NCBI GenBank assembly: GCA_002507175.1
Contig: DAZE01000017.1
Coordinates: 68,303-132,302, forward strand
From: Euryarchaeota archaeon UBA558
GTDB lineage: Archaea > Thermoplasmatota > Poseidoniia > Poseidoniales > Thalassarchaeaceae
Length of the DNA: 64,000 nt
Direction: 5' to 3'
Shown here: piece after piece, positions 11,746-20,614 of the stretch
How positions within the stretch are numbered: the first letter of the stretch is position 1
Layout: each line of letters opens with the position of its first letter
Notes under the pieces: generated by a model
Told to the model about the DNA's origin: nothing
Databases searched by the model: none
The model's input: only the letters and a program-made list of their open reading frames with translations
Translations under genes and position numbers: made by a program

Positions 11746-11921
11746 CTCCCCTTGCTACAACATTCCATTAATTTCCAAGACCCCTGGTCCAAATTTATGC
11801 AACCACACCCACATACGCACATCCAACCAACACTATTCCAACCCTTGCCGCCATCTGCTCGTACGTACAATCTCTTCATCTTGCAATCACAATCGCAAGT
11901 CTCTGCGTGGACTCTGGGCAT
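11742..11921 (-). CDS. Cys-rich 59-aa microprotein (metallothionein-like / metal-binding, function unknown)
   Basis: Below the ORF-track cutoff. Translates to MPRVHAETCDCDCKMKRLYVRADGGKGWNSVGWMCVCGCGCINLDQGSWKLMECCSKGR*. Its TGA overlaps the copA GTG (GTGA), preceded by GGAG, suggesting translational coupling. Confidence 0.75.
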   Translation of the reverse strand: MPRVHAETCDCDCKMKRLYVRADGGKGWNSVGWMCVCGCGCINLDQGSWKLMECCSKGR

Positions 11922-11934
11922 GTATGAGGCTATA

Positions 11935-11965
11935 ATGTAGTCAATAAAAAATTTATTGACTACAT
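11935..11965. promoter_or_regulatory. Perfect 14-bp inverted repeat, candidate operator of the copper operon
   Basis: ATGTAGTCAATAAA-aaa-TTTATTGACTACAT, centred ~29 bp upstream of the microprotein ATG, where a TATA box is expected for a leaderless transcript. Confidence 0.6.
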
Positions 11966-11975
11966 AAAATAAAAA

Positions 11976-12380
11976 TCACTTGACTTTGAACGCCATACCT
12001 TTGGATCTTGGAGAAGTTCTCTCAAAGCCCCATTTTTCATAAAATCCATCGACATCCGCCATCAGATTCACATAAGAATCAGACGGGGCCTCTCGATCTA
12101 TGAAATTCATAATTTCAGCCATTATCAGGCTTCCACCGCCCATCCTCTGGTACTCGGGCAAAACCGCCATGTCACACACGTGGAAGACCGTCCCTCCATC
12201 TCCCACAATGCGGCCCATTCCGACGACCTCACCAGTCGGAACATGTTCCAATAGTACTGAAAACAACTCCCTACCTAACCCCTTTTCGGCACCTTCGATA
12301 GATCTTGGTCCCATTCCTGCTTTCTCCCTCAGGGTAAGGAATACCTCGCTACTGGGAACCTCAAGATTGATTTTAAACAA
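11976..12380 (-). CDS. GNAT family N-acetyltransferase
   Basis: VGMGRIVGDGG, DMAVLPEYQRMGGG (acetyl-CoA loop) and FYEKWGF. Confidence 0.9.
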   Translation of the reverse strand: MFKINLEVPSSEVFLTLREKAGMGPRSIEGAEKGLGRELFSVLLEHVPTGEVVGMGRIVGDGGTVFHVCDMAVLPEYQRMGGGSLIMAEIMNFIDREAPSDSYVNLMADVDGFYEKWGFERTSPRSKGMAFKVK

Positions 12381-12383
12381 GAA

Positions 12384-13292
12384 TTATTCGCCTCCACTCC
12401 GATAGCTAACACCGGCCAAGATTGTTGCGGCGATGGTCGCAGCCGTGAATTGGGTCACACCATGAGCGTCAGGAACTATCTCAGAGACATCTGCCCCTAC
12501 CACATTCGCGTTTCCAGAAAATAGATTTTCGATTAAATCATTGACAAACCAGTAATCCAAGCCACCAGGAACAGGGGTTCCAGTTGCAGGCACAATGCTG
12601 GGGTCAAGAGCATCTATGTCGATACTCAGCCAGACAGGACCTTGAATTTCAGAGATAAAATCAGTTATTTCCAACTCTAATGCTCTATTCTTTCGGATAT
12701 CCTTTGCCATCCAAGATCGGATCCTAACATCATTTTCCATCACGATACATTCTTCCTTTGAGAAAGCGCGAACACCAATTTGCAACACTCTTCCTATTCC
12801 CTCGTCAAGACATCTCCTGACCACTGTTCCGTGACTGAACCTCTCACCATTCAATTCGTCTCTCAGGTCTGCATGAGCATCGACTTGCACTAAGGTGAGA
12901 TTCTCCAAAGGGAAGTTCCCAATCTGCTTCAGTGCTCTGATTGCCGGCAACAAAATCCCGTGTTCACCACCCAATAGCAGAGGAAAAGCCCCCCCTGAAA
13001 TCCCATTGATCACATATGATTCTATCGAATCCAGGTGAGCTTCCAAGGATGGTCCTTCGAAGCTCCATGGATCTAGGGTCCTAATTATCATTCCAGATGG
13101 CAGATCCCCTCCAATGAATGTCGAATATGTTTCTACTTGCGAAGAAGCCTCGATTGTGGCGGAAGGCCCCTCAGAAGTACCAGTGCCATAACTGACCGTC
13201 ATCTCAAGCGGAATCTGCATAACCGCCACATCTGGGCGCACATCCCAGTCTTCTCTAAGCCCCAAGAATCCGAATACATCAATGTCGACCAT
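12384..13292 (-). CDS. speB: Agmatinase (arginase family)
   Basis: GGEH, DAHADL, SHG, DIDALDP and TGTPVPGG. Confidence 0.9.
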   Translation of the reverse strand: MVDIDVFGFLGLREDWDVRPDVAVMQIPLEMTVSYGTGTSEGPSATIEASSQVETYSTFIGGDLPSGMIIRTLDPWSFEGPSLEAHLDSIESYVINGISGGAFPLLLGGEHGILLPAIRALKQIGNFPLENLTLVQVDAHADLRDELNGERFSHGTVVRRCLDEGIGRVLQIGVRAFSKEECIVMENDVRIRSWMAKDIRKNRALELEITDFISEIQGPVWLSIDIDALDPSIVPATGTPVPGGLDYWFVNDLIENLFSGNANVVGADVSEIVPDAHGVTQFTAATIAATILAGVSYRSGGE

Positions 13293-13383
13293 ACCAACCC
13301 GTAGGGGAGTAACTATTCGACGCTTGCGCGAACCAATTTGAAATAATCACCCCCCTGTCGGAGGGGTGCGGGGCGATGTGTGA

Positions 13384-13788
13384 ATGGGTCTAAAGCTCCA
13401 AGATTTGACACAGGCCATTCGAAATAGAGTTGACGCAGACATGGAGGTCAGTGTTGCAGAATCCATTGCCGAGCATGCCTTGGGCTTTTTCGGCTTTTCA
13501 AACCGAATCATAGACAATGCCTTGGAACCCAATGACAGGAACCTTTTCTATCAACTACAAGATTATGATTTACTAACCACAGAGTCTGAAGAGACCACAC
13601 TATGGGATGGCAGGGAATGGAGAATCCACTATTGGAAATTCAAGCCAAACGCCAGTCAATATGTCGGAAGAGGAGATGAAAACGAGGAGGAAGAGGACCC
13701 ATATGCTGGGTTGTATGAAGACGTCCCCCAAACAGTATGGCGTGAGAAGGCCGGCGAAGAGGATGACTGGGACGAACCACTCTTCTGA
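13384..13788 (+). CDS. Conserved Thermoplasmatota protein (DUF6015-like)
   Basis: FFGFxxRIIDNxLEPxDRxLFYxL...EETTLxDGREWRIHYW pattern recalled from this family; acidic tail. Confidence 0.6.
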   Translation: MGLKLQDLTQAIRNRVDADMEVSVAESIAEHALGFFGFSNRIIDNALEPNDRNLFYQLQDYDLLTTESEETTLWDGREWRIHYWKFKPNASQYVGRGDENEEEEDPYAGLYEDVPQTVWREKAGEEDDWDEPLF

Positions 13789-13835
13789 AGCATTTAGCCC
13801 ACACCCTGTTATACCCACTGGTTCTCCAAAGCTCC

Positions 13836-16800
13836 ATGAAGAGCAAGTCCTTCTTTGCTCTTTTTCTGGCACTCCTGACGTTTTCGATCTCATTGTCTTC
13901 GATGTCCGCTTACGGACAAATCAATGAATTTGATGAACAGTGGGCCTGCGAAATAACGGCAGATTGGAACGCTTCGTTAGATGAAGAAGATCAAGTGATA
14001 GTAGGCCATTCATACAGAGTTAACTTTCAACCTCCTCTTCCAATATCAGTGGACCCAACGAACGTCGATGTATCGGCCACTCACATTGACAGAAACTCGC
14101 AACAAATAGGGACACACACCGTCTTAGTAGCAGGGGGAGCCATTGACATACAAATGTCAAATGCCCCAAAGTTCGGGGATACAATAGTTATTGATGTTCA
14201 ATCCTCGGAAGCCAGTTGCAACAGATCTTTCGACGTAAGCGTCTGGAATCAACCAACATCAGACCACGAGATAACCAGGGAGACTTCTTGGTCCCTCCAA
14301 TCCAACGATGAGGCGGCCTATCTGGAGGTGAATGCAAGGGGATGGCAGCAACGCCAGCAATCAATCCTCAATGCGAATGAACTGGGTAATGGAACAATAC
14401 AGCTCCTCTTCGAAAATGATGGTAGATCCATTGAACTAGGACTTGAAATCACCAATGCATGGATCAATGAATCTTGGAGCGAAAGCGAACTTTTGAGACA
14501 GAACTTCCAACTCAGAGGCTCCGGGATTATATCCGTGACTCTAGATGACGGATTGAACGGAATAAGCGTAAATGGAACTGTGAGTGACGCCTCATACACT
14601 CGTTCACTTGAAAATGGAGTCGTATCGGAGCATCTAATCCTAGAGGCCAATGGTTCAATTAGCTTGAATTCAGATGAAGATGGAAGATTAGATTTAGATG
14701 GTGAAGTTTCATTATTACGATTTGAGGTCATAGACATCGCTGGCCAAAGGGTGAAGCAAGACCTCTGGATAGAGGCCATGGCCTCTGCGTTGATTGAATT
14801 CGGATCAGACAATATTGACTTTGAACTTGATGAGTTCATCTTCAGGGAAACATGGGAGAACTCCTCTCGGATTCAACAGCATCTCAGATTCCGAGGAGAT
14901 GGTAGGTTTGATGTTCTGATCGAAGATGAAAATGGCGTTGAGATAGAGGTCAATGGCACAATAGACAATCTCCACACCGAACAAATTAATGGGGTATTAG
15001 TTGAAGACACATTACTTTTGGATGGCATATACACTGGATCTGTATCCGGATCATTCGGCTCAGTAAGGATGATTAGCGATAGTGGGAAACAGCTGAACTC
15101 AGAGGGCGTGGAGCATGATGTCCTGGTCATCAGGAATGAGTACTGGTTCAATGTATCTGGATCACAAGTTACCATACCTGGCCAGTCACTGTACTCCGAT
15201 CACAATTTGACGTTTGAATATATGACACCGAATATTGATTGGGAATCTCCGATAATCAGGTATAGATTCGTTGAAGACGATGGCTCGATCAACAATGAGT
15301 TCCCAAGAGACAGCCCAGTCATTCTCGATCCGATTCCCCCTGAGTCTGTTCCTGTTCTTTCTTCCAATGTCAGCAGAGAATCTGGGTTTGTACCTGATAT
15401 TCTGGTAGAAGGTGATGAAATAGATCTCGTTAACAATGGAAGGGTCTCAATGAGCATAACAGTCACTAACACGTCTTCAACTAACCAGATTGATGGGCAC
15501 TCTGTAAATTCAGCGGAATGGATTGGTCATTATCCTGGAATCGGGCAATCCTCTGGTAGCACAGTGAACGAGGGGGTACTCGCAGGATTGATAATTAATT
15601 GCACCCGAGAAATACAGATTGAGGAGGACTCGAATTCCACTGCAATTTTCACTGAGTCTCAAATTGTTGACAGAGTCCTAAGGCCATCCATCATAACTGC
15701 TGCCGAAAACACTCCCCCACAAGTAGTTCAAGTCTCTTACAGGGAGGCCATATGGGAGTCTGAGGGAGGTGAAGCACACATCGAAATCTTGGTGGAGGAC
15801 CCAAACACCGATGTATCTAATGTAATTCTCGATCTAACTGAAGCAGGACTTGGCTTGGTTGAGTTGTCCGACTCTGGACTAAGTGGAGATCAGGTAATCC
15901 ACGACGATATTTGGACGACGAAGGTCAAATCAGATGGCCCGTTTTTTGGTGATTTTAATGTGACCATTTACGTCAGTGACATATGGGTCACGATAACTGA
16001 GCAATCCCCACTGGAATTGACAAACCCAGGTCCGAGGGTTTCGGATCTACAAAGAAGCGCAAATCGACTGTTTAGGGGGGACCAATTCTTGATTGGAGTA
16101 TCTGCCTTCGACCAACACGGTATCTCCGAGATTTTCGTCGACCTTCGGAATTATGGGGGGGAGAAAGTAAACTTGCAGCCGGAGGGCGAATCTTGGACTG
16201 CGACCACTATGATGCCTTATGGGGTTAGGCCGGGAGAAATAACGTTCAATGTAATTTTGGTTGATAATTTCGGTGCGAGAACAATCCATACAGAATCTCC
16301 AAATGGCGAACTATCCTTCGTTATCATGAATGAACCTCCTTCAATGACTCCGATATCACTCTCCAGATATAATGAGAAATCGACTAACTTCATTATGACG
16401 GAATCAATCATATTATCCGCGAATGAAAGCCCTGCGGCACATATTATTGAGGTGGGTGTTGACGATCCAGACGGCGTTTCAGTAGTACAGGCAAAAATAG
16501 GCAGACTCGCCCCTATTGGATCTTCAGAAAAATGGCTGTCACTTAATGACGATGGAGAGAATGGTGATAGGAATGCCGGAGACGGAATATACACCATAAT
16601 TTTCGAAGCAAGAACGAGTCTCGGGCCCGGGCTGATAGATATACACATCAGATCCTATGACATATACCAATCAATGACCCCTCTGAGTGAACAATCACAC
16701 CAGCTTATCATAGAACAGGATAATTCAGTTTCTGGGAATAGTTGGTTTAACGGAAACATGCAAATCATTGCCATAGTTTCAACTGCGTTTGTCGCATTAG

Positions 16801-16844
16801 CCGGAATGGGCGTGCTGATCAGAGTCTTCATGTCTGACGAATAA
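13836..16844 (+). CDS. Large secreted, C-terminally membrane-anchored beta-rich surface protein
   Basis: N-terminal signal peptide, acidic beta-rich body, two choice-of-anchor-X-like motifs (LSDSGLSGDQVIHDDIWT and LNDDGENGDRNAGDGIYT), C-terminal TM helix. Confidence 0.75.
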   Translation: MKSKSFFALFLALLTFSISLSSMSAYGQINEFDEQWACEITADWNASLDEEDQVIVGHSYRVNFQPPLPISVDPTNVDVSATHIDRNSQQIGTHTVLVAGGAIDIQMSNAPKFGDTIVIDVQSSEASCNRSFDVSVWNQPTSDHEITRETSWSLQSNDEAAYLEVNARGWQQRQQSILNANELGNGTIQLLFENDGRSIELGLEITNAWINESWSESELLRQNFQLRGSGIISVTLDDGLNGISVNGTVSDASYTRSLENGVVSEHLILEANGSISLNSDEDGRLDLDGEVSLLRFEVIDIAGQRVKQDLWIEAMASALIEFGSDNIDFELDEFIFRETWENSSRIQQHLRFRGDGRFDVLIEDENGVEIEVNGTIDNLHTEQINGVLVEDTLLLDGIYTGSVSGSFGSVRMISDSGKQLNSEGVEHDVLVIRNEYWFNVSGSQVTIPGQSLYSDHNLTFEYMTPNIDWESPIIRYRFVEDDGSINNEFPRDSPVILDPIPPESVPVLSSNVSRESGFVPDILVEGDEIDLVNNGRVSMSITVTNTSSTNQIDGHSVNSAEWIGHYPGIGQSSGSTVNEGVLAGLIINCTREIQIEEDSNSTAIFTESQIVDRVLRPSIITAAENTPPQVVQVSYREAIWESEGGEAHIEILVEDPNTDVSNVILDLTEAGLGLVELSDSGLSGDQVIHDDIWTTKVKSDGPFFGDFNVTIYVSDIWVTITEQSPLELTNPGPRVSDLQRSANRLFRGDQFLIGVSAFDQHGISEIFVDLRNYGGEKVNLQPEGESWTATTMMPYGVRPGEITFNVILVDNFGARTIHTESPNGELSFVIMNEPPSMTPISLSRYNEKSTNFIMTESIILSANESPAAHIIEVGVDDPDGVSVVQAKIGRLAPIGSSEKWLSLNDDGENGDRNAGDGIYTIIFEARTSLGPGLIDIHIRSYDIYQSMTPLSEQSHQLIIEQDNSVSGNSWFNGNMQIIAIVSTAFVALAGMGVLIRVFMSDE

Positions 16845-16854
16845 TCGGAAAAAA

Positions 16855-16929
16855 TGGTGCGAGCGCCGGGATTTGAACCCGGGTTCTAGCGTTGGCAACG
16901 CCAGGTGATAACCACTACACTACGCTCGC
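16855..16929 (-). tRNA. tRNA-Gly (GCC)
   Basis: GCGAGCG acceptor stem, anticodon loop TTGCCAA, GGTTCAAATCC T-loop and encoded CCA. Confidence 0.97.
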
Positions 16930-16982
16930 ATCAGGGATGTCTGGCAAGTCCGCCTTTTCTATCCGTCGGTCAGTCAATCCGG

Positions 16983-17339
16983 TTATATCGCCCGAATTAG
17001 TTTCAAAATCTCGTCTCTTGTCTGCCTGAAGATTTCAATGGACCCACCAACCGGATCGTCCAAACCCCAGTCATGGTCAATAGGGACATCGGGGCAGGAG
17101 ACTCCACATCCCATACTGATAATTAGATCAAAATCTCCTGGGAAAAGATCGTCAATGGATTTTGGAGCCAATCCTTGGGTTGGATACCCTTGCTCTTCAA
17201 GAACTAAAATTGCGTTTTTTGAGACCTCAGTTGAGGGTTCCGTTCCGGCCGAAAAGGCATCATGACCGAGTGAATTGGCTATAGACTCAGCCATTTGACT
17301 TCTGCAGGAGTTTCCCACACACACGAAAAGCATCCTCAT
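16983..17339 (-). CDS. arsC: Arsenate reductase / LMW phosphatase family
   Basis: CVGNSCRSQMAE P-loop, SAGT, distal GCGVSCP cysteines and WGLDDP. Confidence 0.88.
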   Translation of the reverse strand: MRMLFVCVGNSCRSQMAESIANSLGHDAFSAGTEPSTEVSKNAILVLEEQGYPTQGLAPKSIDDLFPGDFDLIISMGCGVSCPDVPIDHDWGLDDPVGGSIEIFRQTRDEILKLIRAI

Positions 17340-17434
17340 GATGTGAATTCTGTGGTTTACTTATTGAACATCACGTCTATACTCTGTTGATCAATTAGAC
17401 TCAATTTCAAGTATCTTGAGTTATCCGAAACAAC

Positions 17435-18448
17435 ATGGCTAGCGGACCTGTTTCCCATCACTCTGGAAACTCGCCTCCCAAGGATAACGAGAATTCTGCT
17501 ACATCTGAACAAACCGCACAGATGGAACAAGCATATGCACAGATGCGGAGGAAGATGCGCATGGAACAAATGGACAAGTCCATCAAGCACAAAATCATGG
17601 TCCTCTCGGGCAAAGGTGGAGTAGGGAAATCCACAGTCTCAGCAGGACTGGCACTGACTCTGGCCCGGAGAGGAATGTCCGTCGGCATTATGGATATTGA
17701 CATAACTGGTCCTAACATTCCAAAAATGATGGGATTGGAGGATGCAGAATTGCACGTCGAGGAAGGACAAATATTCCCTGCCATAGGGCCTGAGGGCATC
17801 AAGATCATATCCATGGCATTCCTAATTGAGGATCCTGACAAACCTGTGATCTGGAGGGGCCCGATAAAATTGGGAGCTATCCAGCAATTCATCGGAGACG
17901 TAGCATGGGGCAGCCTAGATGCCCTGATAATTGATTTCCCACCTGGAACCAGCGACGAACCCCTGACGGTCTCGCAGAACCTTCCTGGGATCGATGGTGT
18001 CGTTATAGTGACTACTCCCCAAGAGGTTGCGCTACTGGACAGCAGAAAATCAATCAATTTCGCAAAGACCGTTTCACTTCCAGTAATAGGGGTTGTCGAG
18101 AACATGAGTGGATATTCATTGTCTGGAACCGCCCCCCCTGGGTCAGATCTGACCATTGACGGGCCTGGTGGAATGAGCATAGAGGTATCCACTGATGAGA
18201 ATGGCAAATGGGCTACGGTGTTGGATTTGTTCAAATCAGGAGGCGGACAGAAGGCCGCGGAAGATCTGGAAGTACCTTATCTTGGATCCATACCCTTTGA
18301 TCCAGGCATAGTAAGAGGAGGCGATGACGGAGTGCATAGGATCGTCGCAGAGCCTGATGGAGTGACGGCTGAATCATTCGTCCAAGTTGTTGACAAGGTT
18401 ATGGATATCGTAGAATCTGGAAATAGAACTGCTGTAAACATCAGATGA
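17435..18448 (+). CDS. mrp: Mrp/ApbC/Nbp35 family P-loop ATPase (lacks the CxxC motif)
   Basis: SGKGGVGKST, DIDITGPNIP, WRGP, DFPPGTSD, TTPQ and VVENMS. Confidence 0.9.
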   Translation: MASGPVSHHSGNSPPKDNENSATSEQTAQMEQAYAQMRRKMRMEQMDKSIKHKIMVLSGKGGVGKSTVSAGLALTLARRGMSVGIMDIDITGPNIPKMMGLEDAELHVEEGQIFPAIGPEGIKIISMAFLIEDPDKPVIWRGPIKLGAIQQFIGDVAWGSLDALIIDFPPGTSDEPLTVSQNLPGIDGVVIVTTPQEVALLDSRKSINFAKTVSLPVIGVVENMSGYSLSGTAPPGSDLTIDGPGGMSIEVSTDENGKWATVLDLFKSGGGQKAAEDLEVPYLGSIPFDPGIVRGGDDGVHRIVAEPDGVTAESFVQVVDKVMDIVESGNRTAVNIR

Positions 18449-18502
18449 TCTCGTAGTATGGGTTTCATTCATGACGTGTATGCGACTCGGACGGATCATA
18501 AT

Positions 18503-20614
18503 ATGGCACAGACGGGCATATATCTGACATGGGTTACAGCTGCAATTCTCTGTAGCGTGGCTTTGATGCCACTTCTCAGGCCTCGATTCGTCAGACACTC
18601 TTGGAGTGCGTACGTCGACATGTTCAGGAGGTACTGGTTCCATATGCTGATTGTCTTCTCTGTTTACCTGTGGAAAGATCCTCTTGATCAGATTGATCGG
18701 GCCCTAATGGCCAGTACGAGGATAGAGATAACACCCTACATATACGCCATCGAGGGGGACGTGACACTATGGGTTCAGACCGGATTCAAATCAGAGGTAC
18801 TAACTGAGGTACTAACCCACTTTTATGTCATGGGATACATGACTGCTATATTCTCAGCCTTCATCTATCCAATATATGCAGATGACAGGTACATGGCTGA
18901 CAGAATCGCGCTCACCATGTTCTATGTATACATACTAGCATTGCCGTTTTACCTATTCCTGAATGTCAGAGTCACAGGCGATGTCATCCCAGGAATGGAA
19001 ACCCTCGCCTATGACCTAACTCCAGAGATAAGGAACTGGTTTGTCCAAATCGATCCTTTCACTAATGGGATGCCCAGCTTGCACATCGGCATGCCCTTCG
19101 CAATATGGCTAGCCTTCGTGAAGTGGGACGAGGATGGGAGGTGGCAAAGGTTTTCCATGGCACTACTTGCATTCATTTTCCTCACTGCCTTCAGCATAGT
19201 GTATCTCGGCATCCATTGGATATCAGACGTGCTGGGAGGCCTCATCATAGCGCATTTCGCGGTTCTTCTAGCTGACAAAACCAGAGAGGGCGTCTGGGGA
19301 GTTTTCGATGAAAGATTGATTGGTCGGAGATTCGCTTTGTTAGTCGACAACCCTAGGTTGGCATTGAGAAAAATGAGAAAAATTATTCAAAAAACCGTTG
19401 AGCCTTACAGGCAAGCTTCCAGAAAACAAACTTCTGTCGCGATCATCACAGTTCTCTTCCTAACAACCACAATACTGGTTTATGACGCCACACATCAGTC
19501 ATTCCCATTGGAAGGCGTGGAAGTCCCATCAGAGGCTACCGGCGAGGGAGAATGGATGATCGCCATTAACGAAACGGCTAATGAGGATACAGCAATATTA
19601 GCTTGGAACCTCAGTACATCAACCTCATTCAAGGTCGGTGGCGCACCATGGCCTTCACCTCCATCAATAGAAATCTCCGGGGAGAGGATGGTGATCTACG
19701 ACGGATTCAGGTACGATTGGTTCGAAATTGATCCTTCTTCTGGTGTGATTTCTCCAGAAGTCAGGAACGACCTGTCTTACAGTATCCACGATCTTGGGAT
19801 AGGGACTACCCTGGATGGGGTCTCATATGTGGCAATACTAAACTCAGATGGCATCGAAGTCAGTAATCCATATGGAGGTGGTCTAACAATCATAGATGAC
19901 GCACAGAACGTAACTGCTTTGACCGTGGCAGGAGATTCCATCATTTGGGCGACGGATCGCGGTGATGGGCCAGAATTGAGCATCTTTTCCGTATCAACGG
20001 AAACACGCCAGAGTTATTTTGTCAATGCATCATCGGACGAGGAAACGGAGGAGGGGCTGAGAGAGGCAGGGATTGATCTAGACCCTAGGAATGGATCAAT
20101 AACAGAAATTTCGGCAGATGGAGCCTCAATTGCAGTGACTGTGGATGTTGGAGCGATGAGAAGAATTGTTTTGATTGACAGAATAATGGGTAGCTCGGAG
20201 ATTATCTCAGAGCCTGCTTGGGATGCTTGGAGCCCCCACTTGACCGCTGAGAAATTGGTCTATCTGCAGATAACCGCGTTTGCTCCATCCGAGATTGAGG
20301 AATTTGATGTCTACAATGATGTGTATCTTTTTGACCGTTCGACCCCCAACTTACCCCCCGTGAGTCTTACCTCAGGGTCAACTTCAGTCCATCAGGACCC
20401 GAGAGTGGTTTCCATCGGAGCCGCCTGGCTAGTTACAACAGGTGACGATGATCCTATACTGGAGATTTATGATATGGAAGACCCATTTGAGCCTTACTCT
20501 AGGATCCTGCTGCAAGCTGCTGTGTTGATTCTGGTCCCCCTTCTGATGGTCTGGACAGTCCAAACTGCCACAGAGGGCAGGAATAATCAAGCATCAGAGA
20601 GTGCGAACATCTGA
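18503..20614 (+). CDS. PAP2/AUR1 (IPC-synthase-like) membrane enzyme fused to an extracytoplasmic beta-propeller-like domain
   Basis: GMPSLHIG and YLGIHWISD catalytic motifs in the N-terminal TM region; beta-rich ~330-aa domain and a final TM helix follow. Confidence 0.7.
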   Translation: MAQTGIYLTWVTAAILCSVALMPLLRPRFVRHSWSAYVDMFRRYWFHMLIVFSVYLWKDPLDQIDRALMASTRIEITPYIYAIEGDVTLWVQTGFKSEVLTEVLTHFYVMGYMTAIFSAFIYPIYADDRYMADRIALTMFYVYILALPFYLFLNVRVTGDVIPGMETLAYDLTPEIRNWFVQIDPFTNGMPSLHIGMPFAIWLAFVKWDEDGRWQRFSMALLAFIFLTAFSIVYLGIHWISDVLGGLIIAHFAVLLADKTREGVWGVFDERLIGRRFALLVDNPRLALRKMRKIIQKTVEPYRQASRKQTSVAIITVLFLTTTILVYDATHQSFPLEGVEVPSEATGEGEWMIAINETANEDTAILAWNLSTSTSFKVGGAPWPSPPSIEISGERMVIYDGFRYDWFEIDPSSGVISPEVRNDLSYSIHDLGIGTTLDGVSYVAILNSDGIEVSNPYGGGLTIIDDAQNVTALTVAGDSIIWATDRGDGPELSIFSVSTETRQSYFVNASSDEETEEGLREAGIDLDPRNGSITEISADGASIAVTVDVGAMRRIVLIDRIMGSSEIISEPAWDAWSPHLTAEKLVYLQITAFAPSEIEEFDVYNDVYLFDRSTPNLPPVSLTSGSTSVHQDPRVVSIGAAWLVTTGDDDPILEIYDMEDPFEPYSRILLQAAVLILVPLLMVWTVQTATEGRNNQASESANI

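Noticed and set aside
11752-11940. Plus-strand 62-aa His/Gln/Pro-rich ORF
   Set aside because: It is the antisense shadow of the Cys-rich minus-strand ORF that is coupled to copA.
16855-16929. tRNA-Gly genes as integration sites of a mobile element
   Set aside because: No duplicated tRNA 3' end, integrase or phage genes were seen near either tRNA.
17407-17419. TCAAG-tat-CTTGA palindrome between arsC and mrp as an ArsR operator
   Set aside because: The arms are only 5 bp, there is no adjacent arsR, and it could easily be chance.
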